Shown piece by piece: positions 34,994-43,855 of a DNA stretch of 64,000 nt (position 1 is its first letter; every line of letters starts with the position of its first letter). A program made the translations under genes and the position numbers. Source of the stretch: an uncultured Lichenihabitans sp. (GTDB lineage: Bacteria > Pseudomonadota > Alphaproteobacteria > Acetobacterales > Acetobacteraceae); the NCBI GenBank assembly GCA_964658455.1, contig CAZZZA010000001.1:3705-67704 (forward strand), written 5' to 3'. Under the pieces are notes generated by a model, which had not been told where the DNA came from, did no database searches, and saw nothing but the letters and a program-made list of their open reading frames with translations.

Positions 34994-36042
34994 ACAATCC
35001 GTCGCGCCTGGTCGCCAACCGCGTCACCGCGCGCCGCGCCGGAACCCGCCGGCTGCCGCTCGGCAACTGGGAACGCACCCTGCTGCTGCTGCTGCTGGCG
35101 CTGACGATCGGGCTGATCGCCGGCGTGCCGGGATTCTATCCAGGATTCGCCGGCTTCCTGGCGCTGAGCGAGAACTTCCTGCCGTTCGGGTTCGTCGCCC
35201 TCGGCCTGACCACGGTGATCCTGACCGGCGGCATCGACCTGTCGGTCGGCGCGATCGCCGGGCTGGCGGCGATCATCATGGCCTCGCTCTGGAGCGGCCT
35301 GCACCTCTCGATCTGGATCGCGGCGCTGGCCGGGCTGGTCGCCGGCGGCCTGCTCGGGCTGGTGAACGGGCTGGTCATCACCCGCCTGCGCACCGAGCCG
35401 CTGATCGCCACCCTGGCGACCAGCTTCATCTACGGCAGCGTCGGCGTGGCGATCGCCGGCGACACGCCGCCATCGGGCTTCCCCGACGCCTTCAACCGGG
35501 TCGGCACCGGCGCGATCGGCTGGCTGCCGGTGCAGATCATCCTGTTCGCGGCGCTGGCAGGTTTATTCTCGCTGCTGATCGGCCGCTCGACGTTCGGCCG
35601 CAAGGTGGTGATGATCGGCTACAACAGCGACGCCGCGCGCTATTCCGGCATCCGGGTGCGGCAGATCCTGACCATCGCCTACGTGATCAGCGGCCTGATG
35701 GCGGCGCTGGCCGGGATCGTGCTGGCCGCCTACTACAGCGCGGTGCGGCCGGACATGGGCGACCTGCTGCTGCTCAGCACCATCACCACCGTGGTGCTCG
35801 GCGGCGTCAGCATCTTCGGCGGCGAAGGCAGCATCGCCGGCGTGGTGATCGCGGTGCTGCTGCTCGGCATGCTGCGGCAGGGAATGCTGATCGCCGGCTT
35901 CTCCGACATGGTCACCACCATGCTGACCGGCGCGATCCTGCTCGGCGCGATCGCGATGAAGAACCTGTTCGCCGGCCGGGGAACCGGCCTGTCGATGCTG
36001 CTGGACCGGTTCCGGCGCGGCAAGACGGCGTCGGTCGAATGA
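34990..36042 (+). CDS. sugar ABC transporter permease
   Basis: 350-aa polytopic protein with GGIDLSVGAI. Overlapping start and stop. Confidence 0.85.
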   Translation: MNNPSRLVANRVTARRAGTRRLPLGNWERTLLLLLLALTIGLIAGVPGFYPGFAGFLALSENFLPFGFVALGLTTVILTGGIDLSVGAIAGLAAIIMASLWSGLHLSIWIAALAGLVAGGLLGLVNGLVITRLRTEPLIATLATSFIYGSVGVAIAGDTPPSGFPDAFNRVGTGAIGWLPVQIILFAALAGLFSLLIGRSTFGRKVVMIGYNSDAARYSGIRVRQILTIAYVISGLMAALAGIVLAAYYSAVRPDMGDLLLLSTITTVVLGGVSIFGGEGSIAGVVIAVLLLGMLRQGMLIAGFSDMVTTMLTGAILLGAIAMKNLFAGRGTGLSMLLDRFRRGKTASVE

Positions 36043-36077
36043 ACCAAGAAACCAACGATGGAAACGGAAATCGTCTC

Positions 36078-37094
36078 ATGAAAATCTCCCATACCGCCCG
36101 TCGCTCCGCGCTCGCGGCCGTGCTCGCCAGCCTGCCGCTGCTGGCCGCCGCCGCCATCCCGGCCCGCGCCGCCGATATCGACACCGCCAAGCGGATCAAG
36201 GTGGCGATGGTGCCGAAGCTGGTCGGGCTGTCCGTGTTCAAGGCCAACCAGCAGGGCGCGATCGCGGCGTCGAAGGCGCTCAACATCGATTTCCTCTATA
36301 CCGGCCCGGTGACGGCTTCGGCGCAGGGCCAGGTCGACGTGTTCAACAGCCTGATCGCGCGCCGCTTCGACGTGATCACCACCACCTCCAACAACCCCAC
36401 CCAACTGGCGCCGGCGCTGCGCCGCGCCCGCAAGGCGGGGATCAAGGTGGTGTCGTACGACAGCGACGTCGCCGCCGACGCGCGCGACTTCTTCGTGCAG
36501 AACACCGACTACGCCGAGTTCGGCAAGGCGCTGGTCGAGTCCGTCGCAAAGTATGCCGGCCCAAAGGCCAAGATCGCGATCCTGTCCTCGACCCCGGACG
36601 CCACGATCCAGAATGAGTGGATCAAGGCGCTGACCGCCTACATGACGTCGACCTATCCGGACATGAAGATCGTCACCACCCAGTACGGCCAGTCCAGCCC
36701 GTCGCAGTCGCTGACCGCCGGCCTGAACATCCTGCAGGCCAATCCGGATGTGACCGGGATCATCGCCCCCGACGGCGCGGCCGAGGTCGGCGCCGCGGCC
36801 GCGGTCGAGAAACTCGGCAAGACCGGGCATGTGTTCGTGACCGGCTGCAGCGATCCGGATTCGATCCGGCAGTATGTGAAGTCCGGGATCATCAAGGCGA
36901 GCCCGCTATGGGACGAAGTCAAGGAAGGCGCGCTGGTGATGTATGTCGCCAGGCTGGCCGCGAACAACGCGATCCAGCCGAACGGCAGCTTCACCGCCGG
37001 CGACCTGGGCGATTTCACCGCCAAGGATGGCGTGATCGTGTTCAGCAAGCCGTTGGTGTTCGATGCCTCGAACATCGACCAGTACAAATTCTGA
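36078..37094 (+). CDS. periplasmic sugar-binding protein (RbsB/LsrB-like)
   Basis: Signal peptide MKISHTARRSALAAVLASLPLLAAAAIPARA, then VAMVPKLVG. The ORF opens at 36039. Confidence 0.85.
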   Translation: MKISHTARRSALAAVLASLPLLAAAAIPARAADIDTAKRIKVAMVPKLVGLSVFKANQQGAIAASKALNIDFLYTGPVTASAQGQVDVFNSLIARRFDVITTTSNNPTQLAPALRRARKAGIKVVSYDSDVAADARDFFVQNTDYAEFGKALVESVAKYAGPKAKIAILSSTPDATIQNEWIKALTAYMTSTYPDMKIVTTQYGQSSPSQSLTAGLNILQANPDVTGIIAPDGAAEVGAAAAVEKLGKTGHVFVTGCSDPDSIRQYVKSGIIKASPLWDEVKEGALVMYVARLAANNAIQPNGSFTAGDLGDFTAKDGVIVFSKPLVFDASNIDQYKF

Positions 37095-37113
37095 GCCAGA
37101 GGGAAATCACCGC

Positions 37114-38004
37114 ATGAAGCGTATCCTGTTCACCGGCGGTTCCGGCAAGGCCGGCCGCCACGTGGTCCAGTATCTCCTCGATCAGGGCTACCAGGTGTTG
37201 AACATCGACACCAAGCCGCTGGACAACCCGAAGGTACGCACGCTGGTCACCGACATCACCGATGCCGGCCAGCTGTTCAACGCGTTCGCCTCCTATGCCG
37301 GGCTGCACGAGTTCGACGAGGATCTGAGCCCGACGCATTTCGACGCGGTGGTGCATTTCGCGGCGATCCCGCGGATCATGCTGGTGCCCGACAACGAGGT
37401 CTATCGCATCAACGTGATGGGCACCTACAACGTGCTGGATGCGGCGACCAAGCTCGGCATCAAGAAGGTGATCATCGCCTCCAGCGAGACCACCTACGGG
37501 ATCGTGTTCGCGCACGGCCATCGCGACCCGGAATATTTCCCGCTCGACGAGGACTATCCGGTCAAGCCGATGGACAGCTACGCCACCTCCAAGATCTGCA
37601 ACGAGCGCACCGCGGAGGCGTTCGCGATGCGCACCGGCACCGACATCTATGCCCTGCGGATCGGCAACGTCATCGAGCCCGACGAATACGCGCTGTTCCC
37701 GGGCTGGTTCGCGAAACCCGGTTTCCGCAAGCGGATCGCCTGGAGCTACATCGACGCGCGCGACCTGGGCGAGATCGTGCGTCTTGGCGTCGAGACCGAC
37801 GGGCTGGGCTACCAGGTGTTCAACGCGGTGAACGACAGCTCGTCCTCGGACCTGCCGACCGCGGAGCTGGTGAGGCGCTATTATCCGAACGTGCCGGTGC
37901 GTGGCGAGATGGGCGAATTCGAGAGCCTTCTGTCGAACAGGAAGGCGCGCACCATGCTCGGCTTCAAGGAGAAGCATCGCTGGCGCGACTACGTGAAGAG
38001 CTGA
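37114..38004 (+). CDS. NAD-dependent epimerase/dehydratase family protein
   Basis: MKRILFTGGSGKAGRHVV Rossmann motif and the YATSK catalytic motif. Confidence 0.8.
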   Translation: MKRILFTGGSGKAGRHVVQYLLDQGYQVLNIDTKPLDNPKVRTLVTDITDAGQLFNAFASYAGLHEFDEDLSPTHFDAVVHFAAIPRIMLVPDNEVYRINVMGTYNVLDAATKLGIKKVIIASSETTYGIVFAHGHRDPEYFPLDEDYPVKPMDSYATSKICNERTAEAFAMRTGTDIYALRIGNVIEPDEYALFPGWFAKPGFRKRIAWSYIDARDLGEIVRLGVETDGLGYQVFNAVNDSSSSDLPTAELVRRYYPNVPVRGEMGEFESLLSNRKARTMLGFKEKHRWRDYVKS

Positions 38005-38031
38005 ACCGGTCCCGACCGGCCAGTACGGCGC

Positions 38032-38751
38032 ATGGGAGACATAGCGATCATGCCGAAACAGACACTCGTCGTTGCTGTGCATACCGGACCGGTGACGGTG
38101 GCGCCGCTGAACAACCTGGCGCCGGAACTCATTCCCGGCGTCAGGCTGGTCAATCTGGTCGATGACAGCCTGCTCCGGGACACGATGGCGGCGGGCCGGG
38201 TGACGCCCGCCGTCACCCGCCGGCTGTCGCAATACATGACGATCGGCCAGGAGATGGGGGCGGCGATGATCCTGAACTGCTGCTCCTCGGTCGGCGAGGC
38301 GTCCGATGTCGGCGCGGCGCTGCTGGATATTCCGGTGCTCAAGATCGATGTCGCGATGGCCGAGCAGGCGGTCGAACGCGCCAGCCGGATCGGCGTGGCG
38401 GCGACGGTGCAGACCACGCTGGACCCGACCGCGCGGCTGATCGAACATACCGCGCGGGCGGGCGGCAGGCAGGTGACGCTAATCAGGGGGCTGTGCGAGG
38501 GCGCGTTCGATGCGCTGCTGGCCGGCGACACCGCGCTGCACGACAGGATCGTTTCCGACACGCTGGTGGCGCTGGCCGGCGAAGTCGATCTCATCGTGCT
38601 GGCGCAGGTGTCGATGGCCAGGGTGGCGGACGGTCTCGGCGACCGGGTGGCGGTCCCGGTGCTCAGCAGCCCGCGGCTCGGCATGGAGCGGCTGGCGCAG
38701 TGCCTGTCCCGCCTCGCGGCGTCGGACGGCGCGGCGCTGGCGGCGGCGTAA
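38032..38751 (+). CDS. Asp/Glu/hydantoin racemase-superfamily protein
   Basis: 239 aa. ILNCCSS...IGVAAT...IVLAQVSM is the pattern of the two pseudo-symmetric racemase half-domains. Confidence 0.6.
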   Translation: MGDIAIMPKQTLVVAVHTGPVTVAPLNNLAPELIPGVRLVNLVDDSLLRDTMAAGRVTPAVTRRLSQYMTIGQEMGAAMILNCCSSVGEASDVGAALLDIPVLKIDVAMAEQAVERASRIGVAATVQTTLDPTARLIEHTARAGGRQVTLIRGLCEGAFDALLAGDTALHDRIVSDTLVALAGEVDLIVLAQVSMARVADGLGDRVAVPVLSSPRLGMERLAQCLSRLAASDGAALAAA

Positions 38752-38757
38752 GGCGGT

Positions 38758-39402
38758 TCAATGCGGGTCGAGTTCGAAATGGCGCACCAGATCGTCGACC
38801 TGCGCCTGGGTCAGCAGGCGCGGGTTCAGGCCGCGCAGCATGAGATGCAGCCTGGCGGTTTCCTCGAGTTCCTCGGTGGCCTGGACCGCGGCCTGCAGCG
38901 TCTTGCCGGCGACCACCGGGCCATGGTTGGCGAGCAGCACCGCCGCATACCGGCCTGCCAGGCCGCGGATCGCATCGGCCACCGCCGGGTCGCCGGGTCG
39001 GTAGTACGGCACCAGGGCGGTGCGGCCGACGCGCATCACCGAATAGGCGGTCAGCGGCGGCAGCACCTGCTGCGGATCGATGTCCGGCAGCATCGAGACC
39101 GCGACCGAATGGGTGGAGTGCAGATGCACGATCGCGCCCGCCTTGCCGCGCGTCTCGTACAGGGCACGGTGCAGCGGCAGCTCCTTGGTTGGCTTGTCGC
39201 CGGACAGCACCCGACCCTGCGGATCGAGCCTAGTCAGGCAAGCAGGATCAAGAAAGCCGAGCGAGCTGTCGGTGGGCGTGGTCAGCAGGCCGCCATCGTC
39301 GAGACGCACGCTAATGTTGCCCGATGCACCATGCGTCAGCCCGCGTTCGAACATCGAGCGTCCGAACAGGCAGATCTGCTCACGCATTTTCGTCTCGGAC
39401 AT
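38758..39402 (-). CDS. otnC: class II aldolase/adducin-family decarboxylase (3-oxo-tetronate 4-phosphate decarboxylase-like)
   Basis: MSETKMREQICLFGRSMFERGLTHGASGNISVRL...VHLHS. It is clustered with otnK, otnI and ltnD. Confidence 0.75.
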   Translation of the reverse strand: MSETKMREQICLFGRSMFERGLTHGASGNISVRLDDGGLLTTPTDSSLGFLDPACLTRLDPQGRVLSGDKPTKELPLHRALYETRGKAGAIVHLHSTHSVAVSMLPDIDPQQVLPPLTAYSVMRVGRTALVPYYRPGDPAVADAIRGLAGRYAAVLLANHGPVVAGKTLQAAVQATEELEETARLHLMLRGLNPRLLTQAQVDDLVRHFELDPH

Positions 39403-39506
39403 GGTGGGCGCCTTTCTTTCCCGACGGTGCTTTCCCCCGTCGCCGGTGCGCGGCATCCTGGCCAGGGCGGCACCGCCATGCAAGCGCCGATCGGAGACCA
39501 GAGCAG

Positions 39507-40427
39507 ATGAGCGACGCGCGGGCTAACGGAGCAGCGCGCATGCGCTGCGCAGTGATCGGTCTGGGATCGATGGGCGGCGGGATGGCGGCGTCGCTGCTGC
39601 GCGCCGGTTTTGCCGTCTCCGGCTTCGACGTCGATCAGGCGGCCTGCGCGCGGCTGGCGGCGCAGGGCGTGGATATCGGCGCGACGCCGGGCGCTGCGGC
39701 GCAGGGCGCGGACTGCGTGATCGCGGTGGTGGTGAATGCCGACCAGACCGAGCAGGTGCTGTTCGGCGCGCAAGGGTGCGCGGAGACGATGGCGCCGGAC
39801 GGCGTGTTCGTCTCCTCGGCGACGATGGCGCCGGACCGCGCCCGTGCCCTGGCGGCGCGGCTGGAGGCAGGCGGCCGGCACTATCTCGATGCGCCGATGA
39901 GCGGCGGCGCCGCGCGTGCCGCCGACGGCCAGCTCACCATGCTGGCCTCCGGCACACCGGCCGCGTTCGACCGTGCGCGTCCCGCCCTCGATGCCATGAC
40001 CGGCACGCTCTACGAGCTGGGCGATGCGGCGGGGCAGGGTGCGGCGTTCAAGATGGTCAACCAGCTGCTGGCCGGCGTGCATATCGCCGCCGCCTGCGAG
40101 GCGATGGCGTTCGCTGCGAAACAGGGCCTGGACCTCAAGCGCGTCTATGAGGTGATCACGAAATCCGCCGGCAACAGCTGGATGTTCGAGAACCGGGTCC
40201 CGCATGTGCTCGACGGCGACTACACGCCGCGCAGCGCGGTCGACATCTTCACCAAGGATCTCGGCATCGTGCTCGACATGGCGCGCGCGGCGCGCTTTCC
40301 GGTGCCGGTGGCAGGTGCGGCTCTGCAGATGTATCTGATGACCGCCGCGGCCGGCATGGGCAAGGACGACGATGCCTCGGTGGCGCGGCTCTATGCGCAG
40401 GTCGCCGGCCTGACTTTGCCGGGCTGA
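39507..40427 (+). CDS. ltnD: L-threonate dehydrogenase-like beta-hydroxyacid dehydrogenase
   Basis: VIGLGSMGGGMAASL...DAPMSGG...FKMVNQLL. Start at 39507 or 39540. Confidence 0.7.
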   Translation: MSDARANGAARMRCAVIGLGSMGGGMAASLLRAGFAVSGFDVDQAACARLAAQGVDIGATPGAAAQGADCVIAVVVNADQTEQVLFGAQGCAETMAPDGVFVSSATMAPDRARALAARLEAGGRHYLDAPMSGGAARAADGQLTMLASGTPAAFDRARPALDAMTGTLYELGDAAGQGAAFKMVNQLLAGVHIAAACEAMAFAAKQGLDLKRVYEVITKSAGNSWMFENRVPHVLDGDYTPRSAVDIFTKDLGIVLDMARAARFPVPVAGAALQMYLMTAAAGMGKDDDASVARLYAQVAGLTLPG

Positions 40428-40472
40428 GCCGAGATAAATGGTCGCGAGAGAATACGTCTGGAGGGGCCGATC

Positions 40473-41258
40473 ATGCCGCGTTTTGCCGCCAACCTGACGA
40501 TGATGTTCACTGAACTGCCGTTCGCGGAGCGGTTCGATGCCGCGGCCCGGGCAGGCTTTGCCGCGGTCGAGTGCCTGTTTCCCTACGCCATGGCGCCGGA
40601 GCAGGTGGCCGAATGTCTGCGGCGCAACCGGCTCGACCTGGCCTTATTCAACATGCCGCCGGGAGACTGGGATTCTGGCGACCGGGGCCTGGCGTCGCTG
40701 CCGGCGCGCGCCCAAGAACTGCCAGGGGCGATCGCCACCGCGCTGCGTTATGCGAAGGCGACCGGGGGACGCCGCCTGCATCTGATGGCCGGCATCGGCG
40801 ACCGCGGCAACACCGGCTGCGTGCGTGCCTATCGCGATGCGGTGCTGCTGGCGGCGGATGCGGTGGGCAGCGAGGGACTGACGTTGGTGCTGGAGCCGAT
40901 CAACAAGCGCGACATGCCCGGCTACTTCCTGAACGATTTTGCCTGGACCGTCGATTTCATCGACTCGCTGCCGCTCTCCAACGTCAGGCTGCAGTTCGAT
41001 CTCTATCACCGCCAGATCCTGCACGGCGATGTGACGATGGCGCTGCGGGCGATGCTGCCGATGATCGGCCATGTGCAGATCGCCAGCGTGCCGTCGCGCC
41101 ACGAGCCGGACGACGAGGAGCTGAACTGGCCCTATCTGTTCAGTGAACTCGACCGGCTTGGGTATGACGGTTTCGTCGGCTGCGAGTATCGCCCGCGCGC
41201 CGGCACCGTAGAGGGGCTGGGCTGGTTTGCGCCTTACGCCAGGCCTGTCGCGCCATGA
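40473..41258 (+). CDS. otnI: 2-oxo-tetronate isomerase (hydroxypyruvate isomerase family)
   Basis: MPRFAANLTMMFTELPFAERFDAAARAGFAAVE...LEPIN...QFDLYH (TIM-barrel xylose-isomerase-like). Confidence 0.75.
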   Translation: MPRFAANLTMMFTELPFAERFDAAARAGFAAVECLFPYAMAPEQVAECLRRNRLDLALFNMPPGDWDSGDRGLASLPARAQELPGAIATALRYAKATGGRRLHLMAGIGDRGNTGCVRAYRDAVLLAADAVGSEGLTLVLEPINKRDMPGYFLNDFAWTVDFIDSLPLSNVRLQFDLYHRQILHGDVTMALRAMLPMIGHVQIASVPSRHEPDDEELNWPYLFSELDRLGYDGFVGCEYRPRAGTVEGLGWFAPYARPVAP

Positions 41259-42544
41259 GCATCCGTCTCGGCGTGATCGCCGACGATTATACCGGCGCGT
41301 CCGACGTGGCCAACGTGCTGCGCCAGAACGGTCTGCGCACGGTGCAGGCGATCGGCGTGCCGGATGCGGCGCTGGTGCTGCCGCGGACCGATGCGGTGGT
41401 GATCGCGCTGAAGAGCCGGTCGATCGCGGCCGATCGCGCCGTCGCACTGTCGCTCGAGGCGCATGAATGGCTGCGCGCGCGGGGCGCCGGCCACGTAATG
41501 TTCAAGATCTGCTCGACGTTCGACTCCACCGATGCCGGCAATATCGGCCCGGTGACCGATGCGTTGCGGGCGCGCACGGGCTGCGGCGCGGTGCTGGTCA
41601 ATCCCGCGTTTCCCGAGACCGGGCGTAGCGTGTTCGCGGGCCATCTGTTCGTGAACGGCGTGCCGCTGCACGAGAGTCCGCTGCGCGACCATCCGCTCAA
41701 TCCGATGCGCGATTCCAATCTGGTGCGGGTGCTGCAGCGGCAGAGCGCGGCGCCGGTCGGGCTGATCCCGTTCGCGGTGGTCGAGCGTGGCGTCGATGCG
41801 GTGCGCGCGGCGCTGGCAGCACTGCCAGGCGGTGGGGCGGCGATCGCGGACGCGGTCGCGGCGCGTCACCTGGACGTGCTGGGCGAGGCGGCGCTGCACG
41901 ATCCGCTATCCACCGGGGCCTCGGGCCTGGGCGCGGGCCTGGCTCGGGCGCTGGCGAGGTCCGGCGCCGGCCTCACGCCCGACGGCGCCGATCCCGACGG
42001 CGCGGCGTCGGACAGCGCCGGCGGCGACGGCGCGTCGGCGATCCTGGCCGGCAGCTGCTCGGCGGCGACGCGGCGACAGATCGAGGCCGCCGCGGCGGGC
42101 GGCATCGCCTGCCATCGTCTCGACGTCGCACGGCTGCTGCAGGGCGGCCGGGAGAGCGTCGTCGCCGACGCGCTCGCCTGGGCGGCGTCGCACCAACAGG
42201 CGGTGCTGATCGCCAGCAGCGACACGCCTGACGCGGTGCGGGCGATGCAGCAGGCGCATGGCGGCGCCGAGGCAGGCCATGCGGTCGAGCAGGCGCTGGC
42301 CGACATCGCCGAACGCCTGGTCGCCGGCGGGTTGCGGCGGTTGGTGGTAGCCGGCGGCGAGACCTCCGGTGCCGTGGTCGACCAGCTCGGCATCGCCGCG
42401 TTCGCGGTGGGCGACGAGATCGCGCCGGGTGTCCCGGTGTTGCGCAGCCTGGGCCGGGCCGGGCCGGTCCTGTCGATGGCGCTGAAATCGGGCAATTTCG
42501 GCGGCGAGGATTTCTTCCTGCGCGCGCTGTCCATGCTGGAGTGA
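41255..42544 (+). CDS. otnK: four-carbon acid-sugar kinase (DUF1537; 3-oxo-tetronate kinase-like)
   Basis: LGVIADDYTGASDVANVL...KICSTFDST...VVAGGETSGAV. Confidence 0.8.
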   Translation: MSIRLGVIADDYTGASDVANVLRQNGLRTVQAIGVPDAALVLPRTDAVVIALKSRSIAADRAVALSLEAHEWLRARGAGHVMFKICSTFDSTDAGNIGPVTDALRARTGCGAVLVNPAFPETGRSVFAGHLFVNGVPLHESPLRDHPLNPMRDSNLVRVLQRQSAAPVGLIPFAVVERGVDAVRAALAALPGGGAAIADAVAARHLDVLGEAALHDPLSTGASGLGAGLARALARSGAGLTPDGADPDGAASDSAGGDGASAILAGSCSAATRRQIEAAAAGGIACHRLDVARLLQGGRESVVADALAWAASHQQAVLIASSDTPDAVRAMQQAHGGAEAGHAVEQALADIAERLVAGGLRRLVVAGGETSGAVVDQLGIAAFAVGDEIAPGVPVLRSLGRAGPVLSMALKSGNFGGEDFFLRALSMLE

Positions 42545-42598
42545 GCTGGGGCTTTGGGTCGGCAGTCGGAAGAGGGACGCGGTCTGGTTTCTACAGGA

Positions 42599-43024
42599 TC
42601 ACAGCCCCTCTTTCCGGTAACGCAGCAGCCAGAGGATCGTAAACGGCTGGCACAGGATTGCCAGCACACAGAAGATGACCGGTATCGCGTCGTGTGAGAC
42701 CATAAGGACGTAGATCAGCCCGATAGCCGACGCGATGAAGTTGGCGACCAGGATCACGATCGTTGCTGCCCTGACGAACGTTCGCAATTTCGCGGGAGCG
42801 GGAGGCCAGAACAGCAAGCGGACCGCGTAGCTCATGACTCCTGCGACGAAGAACATCGCCAAACCAAAGGTGTCGAGGCCATGAGCCGACTCTCCGCCGG
42901 CCATCGCAATGAATTCGCCACCGAGACCGGTCGCCAGAAACGGCAGCCCTACGAGTGCGAGCGAGAGGCAGATGGTATAGGCAGGGCTGGCCCTGAGGCG
43001 CGGCAGTCTTTCAGCGTCGGTCAT
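42599..43024 (-). CDS. uncharacterised 4-TM small membrane protein B' (paralogue of 43421..43855)
   Basis: 141 aa with four hydrophobic segments. It shares VRL(L/I)FWP.(A/T)PAKLR(T/S)FVRAA and the C-terminal LRYRKEGL with B. Its ATG overlaps the stop of A' (ATGA). Confidence 0.7.
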   Translation of the reverse strand: MTDAERLPRLRASPAYTICLSLALVGLPFLATGLGGEFIAMAGGESAHGLDTFGLAMFFVAGVMSYAVRLLFWPPAPAKLRTFVRAATIVILVANFIASAIGLIYVLMVSHDAIPVIFCVLAILCQPFTILWLLRYRKEGL

Positions 43025-43335
43025 TGATGGATAGCCAGGCAGTGCACTTGCAGCCGATGCAGGATCTTATGATAGGTGGAATCTTCCGTGTTGATTTCCT
43101 CCCGAACCAGGAGGCCCACCGAGTCGGAACCGGTCAGCTTCGCAGTGCCGTCCAGCCCAAGCGCCGCAACAATCTTCTTGCTTCGATCCTGGGCGCGCCG
43201 GTTCGCCCGCGCCGCGATCTGCTGCAGGCGCTCAGCGCGGGTAGCGTTCCTGGTCCGTCCGGCAGGGCCGGTCGCCGCTGCTGCGGTCGTGCGGTCAAGG
43301 GTGCGGATATCCTCGATCTCGACCAGCTCTTTCAC
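43021..43335 (-). CDS. A': 5'-truncated, diverged copy of the C-terminal 105 residues of 43852..44796 (orphan module or pseudogene)
   Basis: 104 codons from a GTG with GGAG 8 nt upstream. By my manual count, 72 of 104 positions are identical to residues 210-313 of A. The similarity fades about 11 codons upstream of the GTG. Confidence 0.55.
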   Translation of the reverse strand: MKELVEIEDIRTLDRTTAAAATGPAGRTRNATRAERLQQIAARANRRAQDRSKKIVAALGLDGTAKLTGSDSVGLLVREEINTEDSTYHKILHRLQVHCLAIHQ

Positions 43336-43420
43336 GAGTTTAACTCCGCCGTTACTGATCCCCGCCAGTGCTAACGGAAAAGAAATGAATAGCTTTGGCT
43401 AGGAAGCATAGTCTCTCATT

Positions 43421-43855
43421 TTACAGGCCCTCCTTCCGATAACGGAACAACCACAAAAACGTCAGAGGTAGGCAAAGCAGTGAAAACACACTAAATGTTT
43501 TTGGTAGAGCCATACCGTGCACCGGCTCCGAGATTAGAAAGATCAGCACTAGGCTGATTGCCGAGACAATCACTGACGTCGCCAAGATGGCAGTCATTGC
43601 CGCGCGGACGAACGAGCGCAATTTTGCAGGGGTCCGGGGCCAGAATATCAGACGAACAGAGTAGCCAAGCACAACCAAAAAACCAAACATCACCTTTCCA
43701 TAAAAGTCGATCGCGTCAATCGAGTTTCCGCCCGAGATCGCAATCATATCGCCACCAAGGCTGACACCCGAAAAGAACAATCCGAGACATGCCGCCGAGA
43801 AGCTTATGGTGTAGCCAGGGCTACCCCAGTTTCCAGTCGCTTGATCCCATTTCAT
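43421..43855 (-). CDS. uncharacterised 4-TM small membrane protein B
   Basis: 144 aa with four hydrophobic segments. AT-richer than the genome. Its ATG overlaps the stop of A (ATGA). Confidence 0.7.
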   Translation of the reverse strand: MKWDQATGNWGSPGYTISFSAACLGLFFSGVSLGGDMIAISGGNSIDAIDFYGKVMFGFLVVLGYSVRLIFWPRTPAKLRSFVRAAMTAILATSVIVSAISLVLIFLISEPVHGMALPKTFSVFSLLCLPLTFLWLFRYRKEGL

